A DNA stretch of 64,000 bases from Methanobrevibacter sp. (GTDB lineage: Archaea > Methanobacteriota > Methanobacteria > Methanobacteriales > Methanobacteriaceae), in NCBI RefSeq assembly GCF_030539875.1, contig NZ_JAUNXI010000004.1, positions 19,575 to 83,574 on the forward strand, in the 5' to 3' direction. This document shows, piece after piece, positions 40,910 through 50,042 of the stretch. The position numbers and the translations under genes were made by a program. The number at the start of each line of letters is the position of its first letter. Position 1 is the first letter of the stretch. The notes beneath the pieces were generated by a model, which made no database searches, was not told the DNA's origin, and was given only the letters and a program-made list of their open reading frames with translations.

Positions 40910-42244
40910 TAATATCAACTTCCAAAACAATAAACATTTGTCAAGTGTGCATCCGCACAAAAACACAAATGTGATTGCAAAAAACAGTTGAGTAATCTAG
41001 ATTAATGTCAGCTACATTGATAATCTGGGTCCGAAAGTTGTAGATTTGCAGAATTTGCCTGTTATCAGTCTGCAGAAGGCATCCAGTTTCATTCAAATTA
41101 TCAACAACACTTTCATTGTTAAGACGATAATTTATTAATCTTGTCTGAAGCTGAAAACACTGCTCACGGTTTTGCATCTGTAATCGGCGGAATAAACATC
41201 ACAGGAAACACCGTTAAAAAAGCAGACTCAAGTGTTGACGGTGCCGGCGTAACATTCTATTATATCAAGGTGCTTGAAACTCTTGGTATCAGTCCGGTTG
41301 AAGCAATAAGTGTTAAGGACAATGATTTTTCAGATATTCCTGATATTGAAAGCTTTAAGATTGAATTTGCACAGATGCATATTGACAACGGTACTGTCTA
41401 TATCCCGCAGGCTAAAACCGCTACAAAAATGGCAGTTACATATGTAAAAGACGGCCGTGTGGTAATCGAACTTGCAGGCATTGATGACAGAGTTATTGAA
41501 AATGCTAAAATCACATATGCCATAAACGGCGGCGCTAAGATAATTGACACTACCGATCAGTTCGGACACATCTACATTAACGGTCTTGCAGGTGTGTGTG
41601 ATATTGAGGCGAAGTATGCCGGAAGCAACATCTACGGTGACAGCAGCATTGAAACCACCATACAGATGGGATCCGTGCAGAGTGCAACTAAAATCACTGC
41701 AGGCACTTTAACTGTTTATGCGGCAAATGCCAAAGGCACAAAATATCGGTTCACACTAAAAGACGGTCAAGGCAATGTCATCGCAAATCAGGACGTCAGC
41801 ATAACCTTCAACGGCAAGGTTTATAATCTTAAAACTGATGGAAACGGAGCTGCAAGCTTCATTCTTCCGACAAATGCTTCCGGAAAATATGATGTCGCAA
41901 TGGCATTTACAGGTACAGCCAGCTATAAAGGAAGCGTTGCCGCATCCACAATTACAGTCCAGAAGCAAGCAACCAAACTGACAGTAGCCAAAAAGACATT
42001 CAAGAAAAAAACCACCAAAAAGATTACAGCCACACTAAAAGACAATAACGGTAAAGCATTAAGCGGCAAGAAAGTGACTTTGAAAGTTAACGGTAAAACA
42101 TACAAGGCAACCACCAACAAGAAAGGCGTTGCAACATTCACCGTTAAAATCACCAAGAAAGGCACCTTCACCGCTACTACAAGCTTCAGTGGAGATTTGC
42201 TGTACTCTGCAAAAACAGTCAAATCCAAAATTAAAGTAAAATAG
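40910..42244 (+). pseudogene. 5'-truncated adhesin-like gene
   Basis: No signal peptide; INNTFIV frame joins the 41141 ORF through a 1-nt deletion near 41121; in-frame stops near 40990; intact Lys-rich C-terminus. Confidence 0.75.
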
Positions 42245-42371
42245 CTCAAATGCTATTTTACAATTTTTTCTTATTTTTAAAGCATATCCTGAAAATCCAT
42301 AAAGTATAAATTATAAAAGATCCATGATGTATACTCAGTATACAATAGATTATGGCGGATGTGAAAAAACA

Positions 42372-42632
42372 ATGTTAAATAAAACAATCAGAGTTTCAGA
42401 AGAAGTCCATGAAATGCTATCCAGACTGGCAGCAAAAAACGACAGTTACAATGATGTTATAAAAAGATTAATCGAAGATAATGAGGAATTTACAGACGAA
42501 CAGGTGGAATTCTACAATCAGGAAATCGAAAGAGTGGAAAATGACCTATATGAAAACGTCACTGAAATAACATTATCCGAACTCGAAGCAAGAGTAGCCA
42601 AACTCGAACAGGAAATCAAACATGGCCTATAA
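42372..42632 (+). CDS. antitoxin-like ribbon-helix-helix protein
   Basis: KTIRVSEEVHEMLSRL...SYNDVIKRLI, acidic C-terminus; overlaps the RelE start. Confidence 0.75.
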   Translation: MLNKTIRVSEEVHEMLSRLAAKNDSYNDVIKRLIEDNEEFTDEQVEFYNQEIERVENDLYENVTEITLSELEARVAKLEQEIKHGL

Positions 42633-42894
42633 AATCCTAGAACACGACAAAGCCAAAAAGTTCAAAAGAAAACACAAAACCGACAAACAGCTGTTCTGCG
42701 CATCGAAAAGAAATATATTGAAATAATAAAAATCCATATAAACCTAGCTTTTTGGAAATGAAAGTGACTAATGCCAAAAATGCCGAAGAGCAAGAGTCGG
42801 AGACTACCGAATCGTATATTACATCTCAAAAAAGAAAAACCTGATTGAAATCATTGATATCATTCCCCGCAGTAACGACTACAGACTATTTTAA
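42622..42894 (+). pseudogene. RelE/ParE-family toxin, decayed
   Basis: Reconstructs to MAYKIL...NPY...RRARVGDYRIVYYI...IEIIDIIPRSNDY with three 1-nt deletions and one TAA. Confidence 0.8.
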
Positions 42895-43008
42895 ATTTAT
42901 AAGCCATCATCATTAAAAATTACATTCTCGCCCAAAGATTAATTAAGATTATCGAAAACAAATCTAACATGAAAAAAGATTTCAAAGATCAGGTAAGTAT
43001 CAGATAAT

Positions 43009-43143
43009 TTGAAATTTAAAATGTTAATTAATTATTTAATTTGGAGAGTTTATAATATGAAAACTCACGATAGAGTGTACTGCTTACGTTCTCTCTACAC
43101 TACTTTTTTTAGAACTTACGATAATTAAAGATTTTCATTCGTA
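43009..43143 (+). repeat. MKTH dispersed repeat copy 3 (ORF 43057-43128, frameshifted after MKTH)
   Basis: GGAGAG...ATGAAAACTCACGATAG...TTCTCTCT; peptide MKTHDRVYCLRSLYTTFFRTYDN. Confidence 0.8.
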
Positions 43144-43298
43144 TAAAACGAAACTTATTCTCAAAACTTTGATTTGCTGTTGTGTTGTTGACATTAACAC
43201 TAATGATATAGAAAATCAAATTTAATTCAACTTTGATATCATGAGCCTTTTCAAACTAATCTTTGAATCTCAAATGGGTGATGTTAATGTTAAAAAAG

Positions 43299-43445
43299 TT
43301 AGTTGTGATGAAGTTCACAACTTTGTCTTGTTATTAAGTGCTTGTGAGCATGCATATGCTTAATTCCATTATCTGTAATGATTTCATCAATGATTCTAAT
43401 GCCTTCATGGGAATGGGTATGCTCACCATCATTGTGGAAATGGCA
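43299..43445 (-). pseudogene. orphaned His-rich C-terminal tail of the P-type ATPase
   Basis: CHFHNDGEHTHSHEGIRIIDEIITDNGIKHMHAHKHLITRQSCELHHN*, with no start codon. Confidence 0.7.
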
Positions 43446-43518
43446 TTGAAATCATTCCATACTTTTTGAAAAACATAATTTTTCAAAGGCTCTTGAGCTA
43501 AATATGGAATGAATTAAA
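43446..43518. mobile_element. 73-bp inverted-repeat (MITE-like) insertion
   Basis: Ends TTGAAATCATTCCATA / TATGGAATGAATTAAA (14/16 complementary); internal TTTGAAAAA/TTTTTCAAA. Confidence 0.45.
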
Positions 43519-45439
43519 TAGCACCATGGAAGTGATAATGTGAATGTTCGGTATGCTCAGTATCGATTTTTTTAATTGAATCATCGAAATGCCTGTCATA
43601 GAGCAATGCTGCATTTAAAACCACTAAACAGGATCCTGCATTGTGAACAATTGCTCCAGTTACTGGATTTAAAAGTCCCAATACAGAGCAGACGATAGCA
43701 GCCGCATTGATTGTCATGGACATTGCAATATTTGCTTTGATTGTAAACAATGTGGAATTAGACAGTTTTTTCAGATAGGGTATCTTGCCGATATCATCTC
43801 CGAGAAGTGCAATGTCTGCAGCTTCGATTGCAACATCACTTCCAACTGATCCCATTGCCACACTGACATCAGCTGTTTTAAGTGCTGGTGCATCATTCAC
43901 ACCGTCTCCAATCATACATACCTTTTTGCCTTCATTTTTAAGCTTTTCAATCCATGAAAGTTTTTCTTCAGGAAGTAAATTGCCAAATACTTTACCGATT
44001 CCGACTTGGCCGGCAAAGTAATTAGCAGTTTCTGAGTTATCTCCAGTTAGCAATAGGGTTTCAGTTCCAAGGTCATGTAATCTTTCAATCATTTCTTTGG
44101 AATCTTCACGAATCACATCAGACAATCCGATCAGTCCGATGACTTCACCGTTCAATGCAACAATTATTGAAGCTTTTCCTTCATGTTTGAACTTGTCTAA
44201 ATGACAATTAACATCAACGTCAATATTATATTCTGATAGAAATTTGGAGTTTCCTGCATATACCTGACCATAAGAATTTGTAGATGTAACACCTTTTCCA
44301 GGATACATTTTAAAGTCCTGTGGATCTTCAATATCAATATTAGCTTCTTTTGCATTTTTAACAATTGCTTTGGCTAAAGGATGTTCACTTAGTTTCTCAC
44401 ATGAGGCAACAATTTTAAGCAGTTCCTCACTAGGCAAATCTTCCCTAAGGGAAATAACATCAGAAACTTCTAAATTACCGTAAGTTAAAGTACCAGTTTT
44501 ATCGAATACCAGAGTATTTAAACCGCCCAATGTTTCCAGCGCTTCACCGGATTTGATGAGTACTCCGTACTTTGTGGCCTGACCGATTGCAGCCATTATT
44601 GCAGTTGGTGTTGCAAGTATCAATGCGCATGGACAGAATACTACTAAAACAGTAACACCTCTTTCGATGTTTCCTGTCACAAGCCACGCGGCAATTGCAA
44701 TTGCCAGTGCAACCGGAACGAGCCATGTAGCCCATTTGTCTGCAATTCTCTGTGTCGGAGCCTGCTTTTCATCAGTGGCTTTTACAAGGTCAATCAATTT
44801 TTGAAGTGAAGAGTTTTCACCTAAACTGGTTGCTTTAATGTCAATGGCACCATACAGGTTCATAGTTCCGCAGAATACTTCATCGCCAACTTCCTTGTCG
44901 ATTGGAAGTGATTCTCCAGTCATGATGGACTGGTCAAGTGATGAAGTACCGTTTATGATTTCACCGTCAACAGGTACACTTTCACCCGGAAGAATCCTTA
45001 ATGTATCACCAATTTCTATTTCATCTACTGGGATTACTTCTTCAATTCCATCGGTTATTCTTCTTCCAGTTTCTGGAGTTAGATTAATTAAATTTCTTAA
45101 GCCTTTTTTAGCTCTTTCAACGGTCCAATCTTCTAAAAGCGCTCCCAATGCCATAATCCATGCGACTTCGCCTGCTGCGAATACCTCTCCTATCAGAAGT
45201 GATGCCACCATGGCTATTGCAATCAGTAGTGCAGATGAAATCCATTTTTCACGGAGTAATCTAGTCATTGCTAGAAGAAGCATAGGAATACCACTTATTA
45301 TTACTGTTCCCAATGCTGGATTTAAATAGATTGGAGTTTTTATTCCAAATATCATGAAAATAACTGCTATCAATAGGAATATTCCGGAAATAATAGTCAT
45401 TTTTAATCCGAATAGGAAATCAGTTATTTCATTAATCAT
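43514..45439 (-). CDS. heavy-metal P1B-type ATPase (CPC motif)
   Basis: TGES, FCPCAL, FDKTGT, EHPLA, GDGVNDAPAL; start refined to ATG 45439 after GAGGTG. Confidence 0.93.
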   Translation of the reverse strand: MINEITDFLFGLKMTIISGIFLLIAVIFMIFGIKTPIYLNPALGTVIISGIPMLLLAMTRLLREKWISSALLIAIAMVASLLIGEVFAAGEVAWIMALGALLEDWTVERAKKGLRNLINLTPETGRRITDGIEEVIPVDEIEIGDTLRILPGESVPVDGEIINGTSSLDQSIMTGESLPIDKEVGDEVFCGTMNLYGAIDIKATSLGENSSLQKLIDLVKATDEKQAPTQRIADKWATWLVPVALAIAIAAWLVTGNIERGVTVLVVFCPCALILATPTAIMAAIGQATKYGVLIKSGEALETLGGLNTLVFDKTGTLTYGNLEVSDVISLREDLPSEELLKIVASCEKLSEHPLAKAIVKNAKEANIDIEDPQDFKMYPGKGVTSTNSYGQVYAGNSKFLSEYNIDVDVNCHLDKFKHEGKASIIVALNGEVIGLIGLSDVIREDSKEMIERLHDLGTETLLLTGDNSETANYFAGQVGIGKVFGNLLPEEKLSWIEKLKNEGKKVCMIGDGVNDAPALKTADVSVAMGSVGSDVAIEAADIALLGDDIGKIPYLKKLSNSTLFTIKANIAMSMTINAAAIVCSVLGLLNPVTGAIVHNAGSCLVVLNAALLYDRHFDDSIKKIDTEHTEHSHYHFHGAI

Positions 45440-45451
45440 ATAAAACACCTC

Positions 45452-45690
45452 AAAGTATTACTTTTTTTAAGTTCATTTAAATACTTAGTATTACTCAAAA
45501 ATTTTTTCAAGAGCTTACCCCAATTTTGAAATGTCTTGAAAAATCAAATTCAGTAACTACCAAACAGCCAAAAAGTATTACTTTTTTTGAGTTCATTTAT
45601 ATACTCAGTATTACTAATTATAATTTTGCAATTTGAAGTATATAAAAGTATTACTTTTTTTGAGTTCATTTATATACTATGTATTACTAA
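45452..45690 (-). repeat. three copies of a 44-bp promoter/operator unit
   Basis: AAAGTATTACTTTTTTTRAGTTCATTTAWATACT..GTATTACT at 45452, 45572 and 45645. Confidence 0.9.
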
Positions 45691-45737
45691 TTTAATATCA
45701 ACATTAATTCCAAAAATAAATTCCCGCCCAATATTAG

Positions 45738-45940
45738 AATCCAATATTGAAAAATCATTGTTGTTAATGTAAAACCAACTGTTAAATGAAAAGAAAAAAT
45801 AGCTATTAATATATATCTTAAAATTAAAAATATTAATTAACTAATAAAATTATTTGGAGAGATTTGTATGAAAACTCATGCGATAGTTGTATCACTTATG
45901 TTCTCTCTACACTTATTTTTATTGATTTTACATATTTAAA
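45738..45940 (+). repeat. MKTH dispersed repeat copy 4 with full promoter; ORF 45868-45939 MKTHAIVVSLMFSLHLFLLILHI
   Basis: TTAATATA box, GGAGAGA RBS, intact 23 aa hydrophobic ORF. Confidence 0.85.
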
Positions 45941-46151
45941 TGTTTTAAACTTAAACTAGATGAAAATAATTTTCAGGTTTCTGATAAATAAGTCCTTTTT
46001 GGATTAGGGTTGGTAAAAGTTGACTAACTATAGTTTCATTAATACTATATTTTCCACTCATATTGGAAATATAATACATTAATTTTTTTGCTCCGTTATA
46101 TGCATAGGTCAAAGACATTTCCATATATGAATTAGTGATGAAGAAGTATTT

Positions 46152-46260
46152 AAAAAGTTAATTTCATAAACCTAAAATTTTTAAAAAATCTAAAAAGTTA
46201 GTCTTATAAACCTAAATTTTTAATAAAATAAAAAAGTTAGTCTTATATACCTAAAAAAAT
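46152..46260. repeat. three tandem 39-40 bp repeats upstream of ATPase gene
   Basis: AAAAAGTTAGTCTTATAAACCTAAA core at 46152, 46192 and 46231. Confidence 0.85.
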
Positions 46261-46271
46261 ATACTATTACT

Positions 46272-47474
46272 ATGGTTCAAAGAGATTTATATATGAAAGA
46301 AATACTTCCATTAATTGATAATGAGTTAATTAAGGTAATTACAGGCATTAGAAGATGTGGTAAATCTTACATGTTGGGTTTAATTAAAGAGGAACTCATT
46401 AAAAAAGGAGTAAAATCACATAATATTATATTGATAAACTTCGACAGTAAGAAATATAAAAATGTCACAAATAACAATGAATTGGATAAAATAGTTTCAA
46501 AATTAGTTAAAAATAAAAAAGGAAAAGTATATTTATTTTTTGATGAAATTCAAAATGTTAAAAAATGGGAACGCTCAATTGCAGGATATAAAATAGATTA
46601 TGATTGTGATATTTATATCACTGGTTCAAACTCAAATCTATTGTCTGGTGAATTAGCAACCCATTTGACTGGCAGATATTATGAAATCAAAATGTACCCA
46701 TTTTCCTATCAGGAATTTTTAGAGTATAAAGAAAAATCAAACAGTTTGGAATTATTTAATGAATATTTGCAATATGGTGGAATGCCACAGACATTTCCAC
46801 TTGATGAACATCAGAAAATCAACTATTTGGATGATTTATTTAACTCAATATTTTACAAAGACATTGTTAAACGATATCAAATCAGAGATATTGATATATT
46901 GGAGAGATTAACAACCTTTATTTTTGATAATATTGGAAATATATTCTCAGCATCAAGCATTGCTGAATATTACAAAGAAGAAATGAATATTAAAATTTCA
47001 AATAAAACAATAACTAACTATCTTAAATACTTGGAAAATGCCTGTTTTATTAAAAAAGTTAAAAGAGAGGATGTTGAGGGTAAAAACATCTTAAAGTATA
47101 ATGAAAAATACTATGTAACGGACCATGGATTTTGCGAAGCAAAAGCTAAAGGCAATGTTGATAATATTGGTAGAGTAATGGAGAATATTGTTTATTTTGA
47201 ATTTTTAAGAAGAGGTTGGAAAGTAACTATTGGAAAAGCCAATGATTATGAAGTAGATTTTGTGTGCAGAAAACATAAGCAAACAATTTATGTTCAAGTC
47301 AGTTATCTGCTTGAAAATGAAGATACTATTGAAAGAGAATTCAGACCATTTACAAAAATTAAAGATAATTATCCAAAATATGTTATCTCAATGGATCAAT
47401 TTGATAGGTCTCGTGATGGAATAATGAATGTAAATTTATTGGACTTTTTAACTGATTATGATTTGGTAAACTAA
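46272..47474 (+). CDS. ATP-binding protein (AAA_14 + DUF4143 type)
   Basis: ITGIRRCGKS, FFDEIQ, ITGSNS, YVTDHGF, YEVDFV, QVSY. Confidence 0.92.
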   Translation: MVQRDLYMKEILPLIDNELIKVITGIRRCGKSYMLGLIKEELIKKGVKSHNIILINFDSKKYKNVTNNNELDKIVSKLVKNKKGKVYLFFDEIQNVKKWERSIAGYKIDYDCDIYITGSNSNLLSGELATHLTGRYYEIKMYPFSYQEFLEYKEKSNSLELFNEYLQYGGMPQTFPLDEHQKINYLDDLFNSIFYKDIVKRYQIRDIDILERLTTFIFDNIGNIFSASSIAEYYKEEMNIKISNKTITNYLKYLENACFIKKVKREDVEGKNILKYNEKYYVTDHGFCEAKAKGNVDNIGRVMENIVYFEFLRRGWKVTIGKANDYEVDFVCRKHKQTIYVQVSYLLENEDTIEREFRPFTKIKDNYPKYVISMDQFDRSRDGIMNVNLLDFLTDYDLVN

Positions 47475-47520
47475 TTAAGTTAATATTTATAGATTTGTTT
47501 ATATATTATATTTTAGTCCA

Positions 47521-47646
47521 AATCCAATAGAAAATCATGCAGTTAATGTCTAAACCAATTGTTTAATGAAAAGAAAAATAGCTATTAATATATATCTTGA
47601 AATTTAAAATAATAATTAACTATATAATTTTTGGAGAGGAGAAAAT
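47521..47646 (+). promoter_or_regulatory. promoter/RBS module shared with MKTH copy 4
   Basis: Near-identical to 45738-45867 up to TTGGAGAG. Confidence 0.75.
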
Positions 47647-47991
47647 ATGAAAGGCAATGTATATTATGGAAAAGGAATTAGGGAATTGGAAGATGAATAT
47701 CCTGACTTGTATAATCTTGTAGCTGATATTAATGAAACTGTCTGGGATGGAAAAACAATTGATTATAAAACTCAAAAATTAATTGCAATCGGCATTACTG
47801 CATCTCGTGCAGATCCAAGGGCTATCAAAAAGCAGATGAAAAGTGCCATTGAAGTATTGGGAATTACCAAGGATGAAATTGTTGATGTTTTAAGGGTTGT
47901 TTTATTAACTTCTGGAATGCCTGCATTTTCTAAATCACTTCAAATATTAAATAGTATTACTGCAGCTATTGAAGAAGAAAAAGAAGAATGA
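47647..47991 (+). CDS. carboxymuconolactone decarboxylase (AhpD-like) family protein
   Basis: IDYKTQKLIAIGI...GITKDEIVDVL...SGMPA; lacks CxxC. Confidence 0.8.
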   Translation: MKGNVYYGKGIRELEDEYPDLYNLVADINETVWDGKTIDYKTQKLIAIGITASRADPRAIKKQMKSAIEVLGITKDEIVDVLRVVLLTSGMPAFSKSLQILNSITAAIEEEKEE

Positions 47992-48003
47992 TCTTCTTTT
48001 TTT

Positions 48004-48936
48004 TCATGTTATTGCTTGGTATGCTATTTTAACTATAAAAAATACTATAAAACAAACCATCCCATAATTTAAAAACATTGTTCCAAGAGGGTTTTTTAAA
48101 CTTATTTCGGTCAGTTTTCCATTAAATCTTTCCTGTTTGTACTTTAAAAGACTGGTTATACCAATATATAATGCAATTACAATCACCATTAAATATATTA
48201 ACATTGCAACTATGTTGAAAGGGTCAATGGCACCTGCAGCAATTGTTTGAACCGTATCTGAAACAAATATGCTTACAACTGATCCCATTAAATTAATGAT
48301 GATGTGTAAAACTATAGTATAGATTATTTTCCCAGTTTTTAGATACACATATGCAAAAAAACCGCCAATCAGGAATGCATAGCAGAATTGATTTAAATTT
48401 CCATGGATTAATCCAAAAGTAACTGCAGACAATATGATTGAAACTTTAGCGCCGTATCTGTTTGTTCTATCTATTAATAACTTTCTAAAGATGATTTCTT
48501 CAAAAATTGGTCCAATCAAACTTATTATTAAAATATTTAACCATATTCCTGTTGAGCTTATTAAGTTCTGAATGGGATTGGATATTTCGCTCTGAAGCGC
48601 ACCGCCAAGCAGGCTAGTTATGATGATGCCTGTGACATTTCCAAACCACATCAATGTAAATGTAATACATAAATACTTTAAAAATGTCTTAATATCTAAT
48701 TTATGGATTTCAATCGGTTTTGATTCTATTTTTCTCATTAAATATACTAAAATCGGAAACGGCAAAATATAATTGCAGATAGCTGTTATTATTGTAGCTA
48801 TATTTATGTCGTTGAGAATTTCTGGTTTTATGATTACAATAATGTTTGCAACTATTATTGTAATTATTATTGAAAGGATTGTATAAATTAAATAATTAAA
48901 TCCTATCTTTGAGAAAATTTTTTTATTTGAATTCAT
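48004..48936 (-). CDS. CPBP (Abi/CAAX) intramembrane metalloprotease
   Basis: PIFEEIIFR, FGLIH, IVLHIIINL. Confidence 0.9.
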   Translation of the reverse strand: MNSNKKIFSKIGFNYLIYTILSIIITIIVANIIVIIKPEILNDINIATIITAICNYILPFPILVYLMRKIESKPIEIHKLDIKTFLKYLCITFTLMWFGNVTGIIITSLLGGALQSEISNPIQNLISSTGIWLNILIISLIGPIFEEIIFRKLLIDRTNRYGAKVSIILSAVTFGLIHGNLNQFCYAFLIGGFFAYVYLKTGKIIYTIVLHIIINLMGSVVSIFVSDTVQTIAAGAIDPFNIVAMLIYLMVIVIALYIGITSLLKYKQERFNGKLTEISLKNPLGTMFLNYGMVCFIVFFIVKIAYQAIT

Positions 48937-48976
48937 TTTATCATCCTATTGTAAGATATATTCTTTCTTATACTAT

Positions 48977-49010
48977 TTAGGTATATCCCTAAAAATTTAG
49001 GTATGCCAAA
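48977..49010 (+). promoter_or_regulatory. tandem DtxR/SirR-like boxes
   Basis: TTAGGTATATCCCTAA at 48977 and TTAGGTATGCCAAA at 48997-49010, 3 bp before TTTATAT. Confidence 0.55.
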
Positions 49011-49069
49011 ATATTTATATTATATTTTTATAATATGATAATTAAATAAAATAGATTTTGAGGGATTAA

Positions 49070-49345
49070 ATGAGGCATAGACATGGAAATTCATCATTGG
49101 GATTAGAAATTGTTAAGCTGTTTTTTTCAGAGTTTTTAAGTACATCCTATAAACCGAAATGGCGTATAAGCAATAATATTGAAAGATGTACTTTATGCGG
49201 CCGGTGTGAATCGGTTTGTTGTTCCCAGGCGATTAGTGTAAGTACAGACAACCGAACATGGACACTAAATAATAGAAGATGCAATAAATGTTTGAAATGT
49301 GTCATGTCATGTCCGGCTAGGTGCTTGGCGCAGGTTGATTTATAA
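49070..49345 (+). CDS. 2x[4Fe-4S] ferredoxin-like protein
   Basis: CTLCGRCESVCC and CNKCLKCVMSCP. Confidence 0.8.
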   Translation: MRHRHGNSSLGLEIVKLFFSEFLSTSYKPKWRISNNIERCTLCGRCESVCCSQAISVSTDNRTWTLNNRRCNKCLKCVMSCPARCLAQVDL

Positions 49346-49649
49346 TGGGCCATTAATGCTTTAATTAGATGTTTGTTATTGTATATGGGAGGGTGGTTTA
49401 TCTAATATTGTCATAGTAATCAACTCGTGAGGTCATTTTAAAAAATTCATAAAATTATTAAAGTGTTTTTTTTTTTTAACTGAACTGTATTCTGTTGCAT
49501 TGTACGCTAACTCTTTTTAAAACCCTTCATTTAAATATAGTTTATTTGATAGTGGGGGATGCTGATTTTGCTTGTCAGATTTTTAGGTTCATGCAAGTTT
49601 TTGTTCCGGAAAGTTTTCCTGCTGCCGGTTTAAATGAACAAAGAAATTA

Positions 49650-49675
49650 TTAGGTTTACCTAAAAATTTATATAA
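49650..49675 (+). promoter_or_regulatory. DtxR/SirR-like box plus TATA
   Basis: TTAGGTTTACCTAA 49650-49663, 3 bp before TTTATATAA. Confidence 0.65.
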
Positions 49676-49752
49676 TATTATGATAAGATATAAAGTCATA
49701 ATTGAAATAATCTACTTTCAATTAAATTAATAAAATAAAGGATGGTATTAAA

Positions 49753-50019
49753 ATGACTTATAGAAAATTGTTAAACAATTGTATAGAACATAAACACGCA
49801 TTACTTTTTGCAGGAGGTATTGCAACTGCTATTGTAGGTAAAAAGGTAATTGAATCAAAAACTGTAAAAGATGCTGCAACTAAAGGTATGGCAACCATAA
49901 TGTCTGTAAAAAAAGATGCTGAAGAATGTTTTCAGGATATGAAAGAAAATGCTGAAGACATTGTTGTTGATGCTCATGAAGAGGATAAAAAAGAAATTTA
50001 CGTCGAATCCAAAAAATAA
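49753..50019 (+). CDS. DUF6110/DUF1490-like small protein
   Basis: LLFAGGIATAIVGKKVIES amphipathic start, acidic coiled C-terminus; precedes the P1B ATPase. Confidence 0.7.
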   Translation: MTYRKLLNNCIEHKHALLFAGGIATAIVGKKVIESKTVKDAATKGMATIMSVKKDAEECFQDMKENAEDIVVDAHEEDKKEIYVESKK

Positions 50020-50042
50020 ATTATTTTTAAGGGCATACAATA

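Noticed and set aside
45452-45690. CRISPR array
   Set aside because: Only three 44-bp units, intervals of very unequal length (76 and 29 bp), promoter-like content and no cas genes
33718-45940. Integron (integrase plus attC cassettes)
   Set aside because: Repeats lack RYYYAAC/GTTRRRY cores, several intervals hold multiple genes in both orientations, and no IntI-specific insertion is recognisable
46152-46260. CRISPR array
   Set aside because: Near-contiguous tandem repeats without unique spacers
49466-49477. T12 tract as a phase-variation switch
   Set aside because: Intergenic and downstream of the ferredoxin gene; better explained as an archaeal oligo-T terminator
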